This document shows positions 32,978-43,996 of a DNA stretch of 64,000 nucleotides, piece after piece. The DNA is from Alphaproteobacteria bacterium (GTDB taxonomy: Bacteria; Pseudomonadota; Alphaproteobacteria; MPNO01; UBA830), in contig OZ251539.1 of the NCBI GenBank assembly GCA_965243135.1, forward strand, positions 5,952,001-6,016,000. The letters run 5' to 3'. Within the stretch, counting starts at the first letter, position 1. Each line of letters begins with the position of its first letter. The notes beneath the pieces are model-generated. The model worked only from the letters and a program-made list of their open reading frames with translations, did not search any database and was not told where the DNA came from. The position numbers were made by a program, and so were the translations under genes.

Positions 32978-32998
32978 GCCGTCCCGGAGCGAAGCCCG

Positions 32999-35900
32999 TC
33001 ACCCGGCGGGCTGCAGCGCCGCCGCGCTCGCCTTGCGCTGGCGGCGGCGCTCGATCACGCCGACCGTGATCGACATCATCGGCGGGACGATCGCCATGGT
33101 GAGCACGGCCGACAGCGACAGCCCGCCCAGCACGACCGATCCGAGTCCGCGATAGAGTTCGGATCCCGCGCCCGGGAACACGACCAGCGGCAGCATTCCG
33201 AACACCGAAGTGAGCGTCGACATGAATATCGGCCGGATGCGGTTCCGCGTCGCCGTTTCGATGGCGCTGTTCACGTCCGAACCGTCCACCCGGATGTGAT
33301 GCAGCGTCTGGTGAACGAGCAGGATCGCGTTGTTCACCACGATGCCGACCAGGATCACGAAACCGAGCATCGTCAGCATGTCGAGAGGCTGGTTGACGTA
33401 GGTGTTGAGCAGCGCGAGCCCGCCCAGGCCTCCGGCCGCGGCGACCGGGACGGAAAGCATGACCACCCACGGGTAGAGAAAGCTCTCGAACAGCACCGCC
33501 ATCACCAGATAGACGATGACCAGGGCGATCATCAGGTCGAGGACGATATGGTTCCAGGTCGCGACCAGCTTGTCGGCGCTGCCCGACAGCCTGACGCGCA
33601 CGCCTTCGGGAAGGCCCTTCTCGCGCAACGGCGCCAACACCTTTTCTTCCAGAACGTCCATGGCCTGCTGCAGCGGCATGGTGCGCTGCGGACTGACCTG
33701 GATGGTCATGGTTCGCGAGCGGTCGATGCGCTGGATCTCCGTCGGGCCCATGGTTTCGGCCACGTTCGCGAGGCTGTCGACCGTGACGATGCGGCCGTCC
33801 GAAGTCACTACCGGCAGCGAGCGGATCCCCTGCGTGGCCTCCTTCTCCGGTTCGGGCCCCTTCAGGGTGAGGTCGATCCGCTTTCCGTCCACGGTCACTT
33901 CGGCGACGCGAACCCCGTCGTTGAAGACGTCGACCGCTTCGCCCAGTTCGCGCGCCGAAAGGCCGTTGTCGGCGAGCCGTATGCGGTCCGGAACGATCCT
34001 GACCTCCGGTTCCCCCAGAGTCAGGGCCGGGCGCGGGCGCGCCCGGTGCCCTTCGCGGGGCGGCAGCGCGCTGCGGGTCGCGAAGAAGATTTCGCGGCCG
34101 ACGTCGTAGATCGTCTCCAGGTCGGGCCCTGCGATCTCGAGATCGATGGACCGTCCGGATCCGATCGAGCGCCCGAACAGGGACGGCTGGAAGAAGAAGG
34201 CCAGCACGCCCGGTTCCCGCCGCGCGGGCGTCTGCAGAAGCGGGATCAGCTCCTGCGCCTTGTGCGGGTCGACGTGGGTCGCTCCCATGAACATGCGTCC
34301 GAGAAGCGCGACATAGAAGAAGCGGTCTATCTTGCGATCGTCCGGCGGGTTCGCTTCCGCGGCCGGGCCGCGCGACCAGTACGGCTTCGTGGCCTCGGCG
34401 ACGCGCTCCGCGATCTCGACGTTGGTGTCGAGATTGTATCCCGCAGGCGGCTGGATGAAGCCGATCACGAAGTTGCGATTGCCCGTCGGCAGATAGTCCA
34501 GCTTGGGCATGATGGCGACCGCCGTCGTCGCCGCCGCGGCGATGATGCCTCCCACCAGCACGAGCGCCACGATCTTGTAGCGCGCGACGAGGCGCGCGTA
34601 GCCCGTCCAGAGATTGACGAAACCGTGCGACAGGGGGTCGATCACCGGCAGGCGCACGCGGAAATCCTTCCGGTCGATGCGGCCGCCCAGCAACCCCTTG
34701 GAAAGGGCCGGAATCAGAGTGACGGAGACCAGGAGCGACAGCATGACGGAGACCGAAATCGCGACGGCGATGTCGCGGAACAGCTGGCCCACTTCAAGGT
34801 CCATGATCAGGATCGGAATGAAAACCATGACGGTCGTGAGGGCGGAAACGAGCACGGCGGGCCACACCTGCTGCGCGCCGTAATAGGCCGCCTCCGTTCG
34901 GGACCGTCCCTCCTGACGCATCCGGAAAATGTTTTCGAGCACCACGATGGCGGCGTCGACCACCATGCCGACGGCGAAAGCGATTCCGGCGAGGCTGACG
35001 ACGTTGAGGGATCGGCCGAGCATGGCCATGGCGACGAACGAACCGACCACCGACACCGGGATCGACATCGCGATCACGACCGTCGGCCGCCAGGACCTGA
35101 GGAAGATCATCAGGACGATGATCGCGAGGATGCCCCCGATGTATATGTTCTGGATCACGAGGTCGATCGACGAGTTGATGTATTCCGTCTCGTCGTAGAC
35201 CTGCTCCACCAAAAGCCCTTGACGCTTCAGCGGTCCGTCGGCGAGTTCCTTTATGGCCTGCCGCACCTCGACCATGGTCTTGATCACGTTCGCGCCCTGC
35301 TCGCGCGAGATGTTGAAGGCGAGGCCCGACTGCCCCAGTTGGCGGAGCCGCGCCTGCGCCTTCTTGTAGCCGAGCGATACCGCGCCGATGTCCCGCACCA
35401 CCACGCGCCCGACGCCGCCGCCGTTTCGGTTCGAGCGCAGCACCACGTCCTCGACCATTCGCGCCGTGTTCAGATCGCCTTCCGTCCGGACCACGTAGCG
35501 GCGCTTCCCCTCTTCCACGTCCCCGCCGGTGACGGACGAGTTAGCGGCGCGCAATCGCCGCAGAACCTCCCCGACCGTCATGCCGTAGCGCGCGAGCGCC
35601 TGCGGGGTGACGGTCAGGGTCATCTCTCGCGGCGTGTCCCCGAAGATGTTGACGCCCGCGACTCCCTCGATCCGCTCGATTCGTTCCTGCACGACGTTGA
35701 TGAGGAAATCGCCGTAGGCGGTCATGTCCCGGTTTTCGCCGTCGGTCGGCGTCAGCACGAACCACGCGATCGCGTTGTCCTCCGTGCCGGAGGTCGAGAG
35801 CACGGGTTCGTTGGCTTCCTCGGGATATCCGGCGACGCGGTCGAGGCGGTTGGCGACCAGCAGCAGGGCCCGGTTGAATTCGACGCCGGGCGAGAATTCG

Positions 35901-36178
35901 AGGGTGATGACCGAGCGATTGCGCTGCGCCCGCGACTTCATCTTGCGGACGCCTTCCAGCCCCTTCAGTTCGTCTTCCTGCGGGTTGACGATCTCGCGTT
36001 CGATTTCGGCCGGCGCCGCGCCGCGCCACGTGGTCGTGACGTTGATGATCGGTTGCCGGACGTCGGGAGCCATCTGGATGGGAATGCGCTGCAGCGCGAC
36101 GTATCCGAAGAGGATGATCATCAGCACGAGCGCGACCACCGCTATCGGGCGGTCGATGGAGAGACGGATGACGTTCAT
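32999..36178 (-). CDS. RND efflux transporter permease (AcrB/CzcA family)
   Basis: ~1059 aa; GMVVDAAIVVLENI, GIVVNNAILLV, RIRPIFMS. Confidence 0.95.
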   Translation of the reverse strand: MNVIRLSIDRPIAVVALVLMIILFGYVALQRIPIQMAPDVRQPIINVTTTWRGAAPAEIEREIVNPQEDELKGLEGVRKMKSRAQRNRSVITLEFSPGVEFNRALLLVANRLDRVAGYPEEANEPVLSTSGTEDNAIAWFVLTPTDGENRDMTAYGDFLINVVQERIERIEGVAGVNIFGDTPREMTLTVTPQALARYGMTVGEVLRRLRAANSSVTGGDVEEGKRRYVVRTEGDLNTARMVEDVVLRSNRNGGGVGRVVVRDIGAVSLGYKKAQARLRQLGQSGLAFNISREQGANVIKTMVEVRQAIKELADGPLKRQGLLVEQVYDETEYINSSIDLVIQNIYIGGILAIIVLMIFLRSWRPTVVIAMSIPVSVVGSFVAMAMLGRSLNVVSLAGIAFAVGMVVDAAIVVLENIFRMRQEGRSRTEAAYYGAQQVWPAVLVSALTTVMVFIPILIMDLEVGQLFRDIAVAISVSVMLSLLVSVTLIPALSKGLLGGRIDRKDFRVRLPVIDPLSHGFVNLWTGYARLVARYKIVALVLVGGIIAAAATTAVAIMPKLDYLPTGNRNFVIGFIQPPAGYNLDTNVEIAERVAEATKPYWSRGPAAEANPPDDRKIDRFFYVALLGRMFMGATHVDPHKAQELIPLLQTPARREPGVLAFFFQPSLFGRSIGSGRSIDLEIAGPDLETIYDVGREIFFATRSALPPREGHRARPRPALTLGEPEVRIVPDRIRLADNGLSARELGEAVDVFNDGVRVAEVTVDGKRIDLTLKGPEPEKEATQGIRSLPVVTSDGRIVTVDSLANVAETMGPTEIQRIDRSRTMTIQVSPQRTMPLQQAMDVLEEKVLAPLREKGLPEGVRVRLSGSADKLVATWNHIVLDLMIALVIVYLVMAVLFESFLYPWVVMLSVPVAAAGGLGGLALLNTYVNQPLDMLTMLGFVILVGIVVNNAILLVHQTLHHIRVDGSDVNSAIETATRNRIRPIFMSTLTSVFGMLPLVVFPGAGSELYRGLGSVVLGGLSLSAVLTMAIVPPMMSITVGVIERRRQRKASAAALQPAG

Positions 36179-37950
36179 TTGGCCCTGGCGGTGCGCTGCC
36201 TGTCCTGGAGCACGCGAATGTTCGATCCCGGCGGAAGCGCTTCGTTCCCGTGAGTGACCACCTGGTCGCCGGGCCGGAGGCCGGACAGGACGACGTAGCG
36301 GTTGCCGACCGCTTCGCCGAGCTGGACCTGACGGGGAAACGCCTTGCCGTTCCGAGCCAGATAGACCATGCGGTTCGCGCCACTGTGCACGATCGCGTCC
36401 TTGTGGACGGTCACGGCCTGGCGAGCCTTGCCGACGGGCACGAGCACCGTAACGCTCTGGTTCACGGCGAGCTGCGCCGTTCCGTCGCCGAAACGCGGCA
36501 TGAAGCGCACGGGCCGCGTCCGGGTCCGCAGGTTTTCGAACGGCACGACCGAGCGGACGGTGGCTTCGTGGATCGTGCCGTCGTCGAGCCGGAAGCGGAC
36601 GGAGGACCCTGCGACGAGCCCCGATATCCGGTCGGACGGCACTTCCGCCTCCACCTCGATGTCTTCGTCGTTTATCAACGAAACGACCCGCGCGCCCATG
36701 TTGACGTAAGCGCCGACTTCCGTGTGCTTGAGGCTGACCACCCCGTCGTATGGCGCGAGAATCCGGGCGTTTTGCAGGTCTATGCTGGCGCGTTGGAGGT
36801 CGGCTTCCGCCTCCTTGAGCTGCGACCGCCGTTCCTCGATCGCCGCCTTGCGGGCCTCCGCGTCGCGTTGGAGATCTTCGAACCGGGCGCGGGAGAACGC
36901 CGAAGAGCGGCGGAGGTTCTCCATTCTCGCTAGTTCCTGAGCCGTCCTCGCGTATTGGGCCTGCGCCGTCCGGACCATGGCGCGGCGCGTCGCCACGGCG
37001 GCCTGGTACTTGTCGCGCGCGGCGGTCAGCCGCTCCCGGGCCAGCGTCGCGATCACGTCGCCCTTCTTCACGCGGTCGCCGATCTCGGCGTTGATTTCGG
37101 ACATTGCGCCGTTGATGCGCGCGGCGACGTCGCCCGCGCGCAGCGAGACCAGCCGTCCCATGATCGGGACGGTCTGGGAAAGTGGTTCCGTTACGACGGC
37201 GTCCACCCGGACCGATTTCGGCGGCGGGCCGCGCCGTTCCGAAGAGGCGGCGTTGCCGGACGCGGCTGCGGAAGGCGCGGCCGCCGCCGCGGCTTGCGGG
37301 CAGCCGGCCCCGGAGAAGAAGCCGCGGATTTCGCCGCCGTCGAGGGAGCCGGACTTGTCGCAGTCCATCTCGTCGAAATTGGCCGCCAGCGGGCCGCCGG
37401 CCTCGTCGCGGTCGATGACGCCGTTGCCGTTCGCGTCGGCGGCCTTCGCGCGTCCGGACAGCGGCGGCGGGGCGGCTGGCGCGGCCGCCGCCGCGGCTTG
37501 CGGGCAGCCGGCTCCGGAGAAGAAGCCGCGGATTTCGCCGCCGTCGAGGGAGCCGGACTTGTCGCAGTCCATCTCGTCGAAATTGGCCGCCAGCGGGCCG
37601 CCGGCCTCGTCGCGGTCGATGACGCCGTTGCCGTTCGCGTCGGCGGCCTTCGCGCGTCCGGACAGCGGCGGCGGGGCGGCGGGCGGGGCCGCCGTTGCGG
37701 TCTGCGGGCAGCCGGCTCCGGAGAAGAAGCCGCGGATTTCGCCGCCGTCGAGGGAGCCGGACTTGTCGCAGTCCATCTCGTCGAAATTGGCCGCCAGCGG
37801 GCCGCGGGCCTCGCCGCGGTCGATGACGCCGTTGCCGTTCGCGTCGGCGGCCTTCGCGCGTCCTGACAGTTCCTGGCCGTTCGCCGCGGCGGCGAAGATC
37901 ATGCAAAGAAGGCCCGCAGCCGCGGGGATGCGCTTGAAAATCGGTTTCAT
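36175..37950 (-). CDS. RND periplasmic adaptor (MFP) with N-terminal EF-hand-pair repeats
   Basis: Signal peptide; 3x(DANGNGVIDRxE, DCDKSGSLDGGE); MFP core GDRVKKGDVIA, ILAPYDGVV, GLRPGDQVV. Confidence 0.9.
   Translation of the reverse strand: MKPIFKRIPAAAGLLCMIFAAAANGQELSGRAKAADANGNGVIDRGEARGPLAANFDEMDCDKSGSLDGGEIRGFFSGAGCPQTATAAPPAAPPPLSGRAKAADANGNGVIDRDEAGGPLAANFDEMDCDKSGSLDGGEIRGFFSGAGCPQAAAAAAPAAPPPLSGRAKAADANGNGVIDRDEAGGPLAANFDEMDCDKSGSLDGGEIRGFFSGAGCPQAAAAAAPSAAASGNAASSERRGPPPKSVRVDAVVTEPLSQTVPIMGRLVSLRAGDVAARINGAMSEINAEIGDRVKKGDVIATLARERLTAARDKYQAAVATRRAMVRTAQAQYARTAQELARMENLRRSSAFSRARFEDLQRDAEARKAAIEERRSQLKEAEADLQRASIDLQNARILAPYDGVVSLKHTEVGAYVNMGARVVSLINDEDIEVEAEVPSDRISGLVAGSSVRFRLDDGTIHEATVRSVVPFENLRTRTRPVRFMPRFGDGTAQLAVNQSVTVLVPVGKARQAVTVHKDAIVHSGANRMVYLARNGKAFPRQVQLGEAVGNRYVVLSGLRPGDQVVTHGNEALPPGSNIRVLQDRQRTARAK
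37297..37869 (-). repeat. 204-bp tandem repeat x3 (68 aa, two EF-hand loops each)
   Basis: Units start at 37297, 37501 and 37705; near-identical DNA. Confidence 0.95.
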
Positions 37951-38036
37951 CGGTTCCGACCGCCGGGAATGGAAACGTCCACGAGATTCACGGATTCGTT
38001 CGCCGTTTTCCGTCGCGGCCGGCTGCGGCGGCCGCC

Positions 38037-38378
38037 TCAGTTCGAGAGCTGGTCGAAGGCTTCGAGCGCCTGCGCGCCGTAGACCGCCGCCGGCCCGCCG
38101 CCCATTTCCAGCGCCACGGAGGCCGTTTCCGCGACCTCCTCGCGGCTTGCGCCCTTTCGGATGGCCTCGCGCACGTGGTAGTTGATGCAGCCCTCGCAGT
38201 GGACCGCGATTCCGATGGCCAGCGCCATCAGTTCCTTGGTCTTGCCGTCGAGCGCGCCGTCCCGGCCGACGGTTTCCATAAGGTTGCGAAAGGCGCGCAT
38301 GGCGTCGGGCGCGGCCTTGAAGAGTCCGGCCGCGCGATTGTCGACCTCCTTCGCGAATTGCTTGTGGTCGCTGGCCAT
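38037..38378 (-). CDS. Carboxymuconolactone decarboxylase/AhpD family protein
   Basis: [25 protein letters not shown]. Confidence 0.9.
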   Translation of the reverse strand: MASDHKQFAKEVDNRAAGLFKAAPDAMRAFRNLMETVGRDGALDGKTKELMALAIGIAVHCEGCINYHVREAIRKGASREEVAETASVALEMGGGPAAVYGAQALEAFDQLSN

Positions 38379-38424
38379 GGTGATCTCCTCCTTTGCGCTT
38401 CTTCGGTCGCCCGGCGCCGGGCGT

Positions 38425-40380
38425 TCAGACGTTCAGTTCCGGACGGTCCCTGAAATGGAGCAGCGCTTCGGGATTGGCAAGCGCCTCCGCGTTCGCGACC
38501 GCCCGTCCGTGGACGACGTCGCGGACCGCCAGTTCCGTGATCTTGCCGGATCGAGTGCGCGGTATGTCCGGGACGGCGAGAATGCGCGCCGGAACGTGCC
38601 GCGGCGAGCAATTCTTCCGGACGCGCTCGCGGATGCGCGCGTCGAGCGCGTCGTCCAGGGCCGCGCCGGCCGCCAGCCGTACGAACAGGACGACGCGCAC
38701 GTCGCTCTCCCAGTCCTGGGCGATGGCGAGGCCTTCCTCGATCTCCGGCATCTGTTCCACCTGCCGGTAGATTTCGGCGGTGCCGATCCTCACGCCGCCG
38801 GGATTGAGCACGGCGTCCGAGCGGCCGTATATGCGCATTCCTCCGTGCGCGGTGAACTCCGCGTAGTCGCCGTGGCACCACATGTTTTCGAACCGCGCGA
38901 AGTAAGCGTCCCGGTACTTCTCCCCGCCCGGATCGTTCCAGAATTTCACGGGCATGGAAGGGAACGGCGAGGCGCAGGCCAACTCGCCTTTCTCGCCGAC
39001 GACCGACCGTCCGCCGGCGTCGCAGACCCGGACGTCCATGCCGAGGCCCGGCGCCTGTATCTCGCCGCGCCGGACCGGGCCGTTCGGGTTGCCGAGCACG
39101 AAGCAGGACACGATGTCGGTGCCGCCCGAAATCGACGACAGGCAGACGTCGGATTTCACCGACCGGTAGACGTACTCGAAGCTCTCGTCGACCAGGGGCG
39201 ATCCGGTCGACAGCATCGTCCGCACGGTCGAGAGATCGTGCGACCGCGCGGGTTCCAGCCCGGCCTTCCTGATCGCGTCGATGTATTTCGCCGACGCCCC
39301 GAAATGCGTCATGCCGGCGGCGTCGGCGAAGTCGAACAGGGCTTCCGGGCCGGGATGGAAGGGCGATCCGTCGTAGAGCAGCAGGGTCGCCTCGCAGGCC
39401 AGCGCCGATGCCAGCCAGTTCCACATCATCCAGCCCAGGGTCGTGAAATAGAACGCGCGGTCGCCGCGGCGCACGTCCGTGTGCAGCAGGTGCTCCTTGA
39501 GGTGCTGGAGCAACGTGCCTCCGGCTCCGTGGACGATGCATTTGGGCGCGCCGGTGGTCCCCGAAGAGAACAGGACGTAGAGCGGATGGCCGAACGGAAG
39601 GCGGTTGAAGTCGATCTCGCGGGCCGGGTAGGGCGCGATGAACTCGCCGAGGCTCCGGGCGCCCGGCAGCGCCGACGCGTCCGGCGCGTCCGCGCCGTAG
39701 GGAACCACGACGCGAAGGCTGGCGGTCGGCAGCCGTTCCAGCGCTTCCGCCGCGCGTCCGAGCGCGTCGATCCAGCGGCCGCCGTAGAAGTAGCCGTCGG
39801 AGCAGAAAAACGCCTTCGGTTCGATCTGGCCGAAGCGGTCGACCACTCCGTTCGCCCCGAAATCCGGCGAGCACGACGACCAGACGGCGCCGACGCTGGC
39901 CGCGGCCAGCATTGCCGCGACCGCTTCCGGCAGATTCGGCAGATAGCCCGCGACGCGGTCGCCCTCCGAGATTCCGGCGGCCCGCAACGCGGCCGCGAGG
40001 CGGGAGACGAGATCGTGCAACTCGCGGAAGCTCGTCGATCTCGAGACCCGGTCTTCGCCGCGGAAGACGATCGCCGTGGCGTCGTCGCGCCGCCGCAGCA
40101 GATTCTCGGCGAAGTTCAGCCGCGCGTCCGGGAACCACTGCGCGCCGGGCATCAGGTCGCGGTCAAGCAGGACACGGGATCCCGGGCCGTCGCCGATCAC
40201 CTTTCCGAACGACCAGACGGACTGCCAGAATTCTTCCCTGCGGGCGACCGACCACCGGTGCAGGTCGGCGTAGTCCGAAGCCGGGGCGCCCCAGCGGCCG
40301 CGCGCTTCGGTCTCGACGAAGCGCGTCAGCGCGGTCGCCGCGATTCGTTCGTCGGAAGGTCGCCAGAGCGGATCCGCCAA
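38425..40380 (-). CDS. Acetoacetate--CoA ligase
   Basis: [48 protein letters not shown]. Confidence 0.93.
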   Translation of the reverse strand: MADPLWRPSDERIAATALTRFVETEARGRWGAPASDYADLHRWSVARREEFWQSVWSFGKVIGDGPGSRVLLDRDLMPGAQWFPDARLNFAENLLRRRDDATAIVFRGEDRVSRSTSFRELHDLVSRLAAALRAAGISEGDRVAGYLPNLPEAVAAMLAAASVGAVWSSCSPDFGANGVVDRFGQIEPKAFFCSDGYFYGGRWIDALGRAAEALERLPTASLRVVVPYGADAPDASALPGARSLGEFIAPYPAREIDFNRLPFGHPLYVLFSSGTTGAPKCIVHGAGGTLLQHLKEHLLHTDVRRGDRAFYFTTLGWMMWNWLASALACEATLLLYDGSPFHPGPEALFDFADAAGMTHFGASAKYIDAIRKAGLEPARSHDLSTVRTMLSTGSPLVDESFEYVYRSVKSDVCLSSISGGTDIVSCFVLGNPNGPVRRGEIQAPGLGMDVRVCDAGGRSVVGEKGELACASPFPSMPVKFWNDPGGEKYRDAYFARFENMWCHGDYAEFTAHGGMRIYGRSDAVLNPGGVRIGTAEIYRQVEQMPEIEEGLAIAQDWESDVRVVLFVRLAAGAALDDALDARIRERVRKNCSPRHVPARILAVPDIPRTRSGKITELAVRDVVHGRAVANAEALANPEALLHFRDRPELNV

Positions 40381-40431
40381 CGCCTCCTCCTTTCAAGCCT
40401 CGGAAGGCGACAATATCAGCTTGCGGCGCCG

Positions 40432-41217
40432 TCAGGAACGGCGGGAGACCGCCCGCGAAAGCAGCCGCGGCGACAGGCGTTTGAGGAGCGCGTATCGCCG
40501 CGCCGCGCCCCTGGCGATCAGCGTCTCGGGCCGTCCGGCGTGAACGGCGTCGAGAATCCGAGCGGCGCAGATCCCGGGATCCAGGCCCCGTTCGAGAAAC
40601 GAATCCATTTTCCGCCAGGGCGTTCCGTCGGCCGTCAGCGCGTTGCGCGAAATGTCGGTGCGCACCGGACCCGGCACGACGAGGGTCACCTTCACGCCCC
40701 GGCGTTCGACCTCCGCGCGAAGGGAATCGAACAGGCCATGGGCCGCGTGCTTGGCGGCGCAGTATCCGGAGCGTCCGGGAGAGCCGTATTTGCCCGCGAC
40801 GCTCGTGACTGCGACGATGTGGCCCGCGCCGCGTTCCATCATGTGGGGCAGCACAGCCTTTGTCAGCATCAACGGTCCGAAAAAGTTCACGTCCATGACG
40901 CGGCGAAAGACCGACAGGTCCGCGTCCGCGACGGCCGCGCGCTGCGTCAGCCCCGCGTTGTTGACCAGGATGTCTATGCGGCCGAGCAGTCCGAGCGCGG
41001 CGGCCGCGGCTTCCGGAACCGCCGCCTGGTCGGTCACGTCGAGCGGAATTACCGTCGTCCGCCCGCCGGGGCATGCGGCGGCGACGCGTTCGAGTTCCTC
41101 CCGCCTGCGGGCGGACAGCACGACGTGGGCCCGCTCCGCATGAAAGGCTCGGGCGAGCGCCTCGCCGATTCCCGAGGACGCGCCGGTGATCCAGACCGTC
41201 TTGTCGCGAAAACGCAT
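40432..41217 (-). CDS. SDR family oxidoreductase
   Basis: WITGASSGIG, NNAG, YCAAK. Confidence 0.92.
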   Translation of the reverse strand: MRFRDKTVWITGASSGIGEALARAFHAERAHVVLSARRREELERVAAACPGGRTTVIPLDVTDQAAVPEAAAAALGLLGRIDILVNNAGLTQRAAVADADLSVFRRVMDVNFFGPLMLTKAVLPHMMERGAGHIVAVTSVAGKYGSPGRSGYCAAKHAAHGLFDSLRAEVERRGVKVTLVVPGPVRTDISRNALTADGTPWRKMDSFLERGLDPGICAARILDAVHAGRPETLIARGAARRYALLKRLSPRLLSRAVSRRS

Positions 41218-41249
41218 CGGCCTCCGGTTCAAGGTAGTTCGGACCGTTC

Positions 41250-42134
41250 ATGATCCCGCGTTCCACGTTTGCCCGTTTGCCGCGCTCCTGGCAAGGCGCG
41301 GCATGGATGACGCTCAGCGCCGTCATGTTCGCGGCGCAGGCCGGCGTCGTGCGCCATCTGTCGACGGATCTTCACTTTCTGGAGATATCGTTGTTCCGCG
41401 CCTTGTTCGGGGTCGTGATCATGCTGCCCTGGCTCGCGCGGGCCGGCGTCGGCGTGATGCGCACGCGCCATACCGGGCTGTACGTCGGCCGGGGGCTTTT
41501 CAGCACGGTGGCGATGTACGGCTGGTTCGGCGGCCTTTCGTTGATTCCGATCGCGGACGCGACCGCGATCTCGTTCACCTTCCCGCTGTTCATCGCGCTG
41601 TTCGCCGTGGTTCTGCTGAAGGAGCCCGCGCCCCTGGTTCGCTGGACGGCGCTTTGCGCGGGTTTCGCCGGAACGCTGGTCGTGGTCCGTCCGGGTTTTC
41701 AGGAAATCAACGCGGGCGTGTTCATGGTGATCGGCGCCGGGTTGTGCATCGCGTGCTCCGCCATGATCCTGAAGGTCACGTTGCGGACCGATTCGCCGGA
41801 CATAGCGGCGTTCTACCAATCGGTCTACATGCTGCCCCTCTGCGTGATCGGCGCCGCGCTCGTCTGGGTATGGCCGACGCCGGAGCAGTGGCTGTGGGGT
41901 TTCGTCCTCGGCGGCGCTTCGGCGACCGCGCAGCGCCTCTACTCCCGCGCCTTCGCGCTCGGAGACGCGGGCGCGGTGGCGCCGTTCGATTTCATGCGCC
42001 TGCCGTTCGCCGTCGCGATCGGCTTCGCGGCGTTCTCGGAACTGCCCGATTTCTGGACGGTGGCGGGCGCGACGATCATATTCGCCGCTTCGGCGGCGGC
42101 GGGCCGCGGCGAGGCGCGGAGAAAGGAGGAATGA
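41250..42134 (+). CDS. DMT/EamA family transporter
   Basis: About 10 hydrophobic segments; FRALFG, VVVRPG. Confidence 0.88.
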   Translation: MIPRSTFARLPRSWQGAAWMTLSAVMFAAQAGVVRHLSTDLHFLEISLFRALFGVVIMLPWLARAGVGVMRTRHTGLYVGRGLFSTVAMYGWFGGLSLIPIADATAISFTFPLFIALFAVVLLKEPAPLVRWTALCAGFAGTLVVVRPGFQEINAGVFMVIGAGLCIACSAMILKVTLRTDSPDIAAFYQSVYMLPLCVIGAALVWVWPTPEQWLWGFVLGGASATAQRLYSRAFALGDAGAVAPFDFMRLPFAVAIGFAAFSELPDFWTVAGATIIFAASAAAGRGEARRKEE

Positions 42135-43018
42135 AGCGGCGGCGTTTCGGGGTCTGGTTCGCGGGCCTGCCGGGGCCGGTCCGCGGCGCGTGCTGGCTGC
42201 TTGCGAGCGGATTCTGCCTCACCGCCATGGCGGCCGCCGTCCGGCATCTGTCGTCGGGCCTTCACGTCTTCGAGATCGCGTTCTTCCGAACCGGGCTGGG
42301 GATCGTCTTCATGGCGCCGTGGATGATCCGGACCCGGTTCGCCGGGTTGCGGACCCGCAGCGTGCCGGGCCTCGCCGGACGCGCCGTCGCCACGAGCGTC
42401 GCGACCATCGGTTATTTCTACGCGCTGACGAAGATTCCGCTGGCGGACGCGGTCGCCATCATGTTCACGCGTCCGCTCTACGGCACGATCTTCGCGATCG
42501 CGTTCCTCGGAGAAATGGTGGGGTTGCGGCGCTGGACGGCGCTCGCGGTCGGATTCGCGGGGGTTCTGGTCATGGTGCGGCCCGGCTTCGACGCGTTCAA
42601 CCTCGGGATCCTGTCCGTATTCGTCGCGTCGATCGCGGGCGCGGCGGCGGCGGTCTTCATACGCTATCTCTCGCGCCGGGAGTCGCCGGACACGATCACC
42701 ATCTACTACGTTTTCTTCACGACGCCGGTGATGGCCGTCCTCGCCGCGTTCGAGTGGCGCATGCCGACGCCGGAGGAGCTGGGCTGGCTGCTGTTCATGG
42801 GGCTCGTCGGAACGCTGGGGCAGCGCGCCATGAGCCGCGGCTTCGCGGCGGCCGACATCTCGATCATGCTGCCCATGGACTTTTCCCGCCTGCTGGTCGC
42901 CGCGCTGTTCGGCTTCGCGCTGTTTTCGGAGACGCCTTCCGCGCACACCGCCGTCGGAGGGCTCTTGATCTTCTGCGCGACCGTCTACGTCGTCCGCCCG
43001 TCGCGGAACGGCGCGTAG
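42131..43018 (+). CDS. DMT/EamA family transporter (paralog)
   Basis: AGGAGG RBS, ATGA overlap; FFRTGLG, FLGE.VG.RRW, MVRPG. Confidence 0.88.
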   Translation: MKRRRFGVWFAGLPGPVRGACWLLASGFCLTAMAAAVRHLSSGLHVFEIAFFRTGLGIVFMAPWMIRTRFAGLRTRSVPGLAGRAVATSVATIGYFYALTKIPLADAVAIMFTRPLYGTIFAIAFLGEMVGLRRWTALAVGFAGVLVMVRPGFDAFNLGILSVFVASIAGAAAAVFIRYLSRRESPDTITIYYVFFTTPVMAVLAAFEWRMPTPEELGWLLFMGLVGTLGQRAMSRGFAAADISIMLPMDFSRLLVAALFGFALFSETPSAHTAVGGLLIFCATVYVVRPSRNGA

Positions 43019-43124
43019 AACGCCGCCGAAGCGGGGCCGGCGTCCCGTCTTTGGGGGACCGCCGCGCGGTCGTCTCCTCGGCCGGCCTGCGCGGCCCGGC
43101 CGCGGGACCGCCCGACGGCAGGGC

Positions 43125-43433
43125 TCACTCTTCGACGGCCTTGTCGCCTGCGATCGAGTCCATGAATTCGGCGAGCGCCACGTCGCGTTCCGAAACGCCT
43201 CCCGCGTCGTGCGTCGAGAGGGTGACGTCGACGCGATCGTAGACGTTGAACCATTCCGGATGATGGTCCATTCGCTCGGCCTTCAGGGCGGCCCGCGACA
43301 TGAAGCCGAAGGCCTCGTTGAAGTCCCGGAAGCGGTAGGATTTGCGAATGGCGTCGCGGTCCGGCGCTTCCTTCCAGCCCCCGAGCGATTCCAGCGCCGT
43401 TTCGCGCGCGGCTCCGGCGAGTCTTTCCACCAT
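43125..43433 (-). CDS. phhB: Pterin-4-alpha-carbinolamine dehydratase
   Basis: [25 protein letters not shown]. Confidence 0.93.
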   Translation of the reverse strand: MVERLAGAARETALESLGGWKEAPDRDAIRKSYRFRDFNEAFGFMSRAALKAERMDHHPEWFNVYDRVDVTLSTHDAGGVSERDVALAEFMDSIAGDKAVEE

Positions 43434-43501
43434 GTCGGAATCTCCTCCTGCGTTGATCGCGGCGGCCTGACGGGCCCCGGCCGTCAGGCTATCATGAGGA
43501 C

Positions 43502-43891
43502 ATGAGCCGCCGCCACACCACCGCGCCCACCCTCGACGAGATCGAGGCCCTCGCGCGCGAGGCCTACGGCAGCCTTCCGGGGTCGTTCCGCGAACTCGCG
43601 AGGGACGTCGTATTCCGGGTCCAGGACTTTCCCGATCGCGAAACGGAGCGCGAGATGGGGCTGCAGAGCCCGTTCGACCTGATGGGCCTCTATCACGGCA
43701 CGCCGATCGGCGAGAAGGAGTCGAGCGCGGCGGCGGTCGACATGGTGTTCCTGTATCGCCGCCCGCTGCTCGATTACTGGTGCGAAACCGAGGAGGATCT
43801 CGCGCATCTGGTGCGTCACGTGGTGGTTCACGAGATCGGGCATCATTTCGGGTTGTCGGACGAGGACATGGAACGCATCGAGAAAGGGTGA
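43502..43891 (+). CDS. Zincin-like metallopeptidase family protein
   Basis: [21 protein letters not shown]. Confidence 0.88.
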   Translation: MSRRHTTAPTLDEIEALAREAYGSLPGSFRELARDVVFRVQDFPDRETEREMGLQSPFDLMGLYHGTPIGEKESSAAAVDMVFLYRRPLLDYWCETEEDLAHLVRHVVVHEIGHHFGLSDEDMERIEKG

Positions 43892-43996
43892 CGCCGTCCG
43901 CGGCCGGTCCGGGCGCGCCGCCCGTTCGCCGGCGGCGATGCGCGGGCGCTGCCCGGCGAGCGGTCCGCGGAACCCGGCGGCGCCGTCCGGCGGGCG

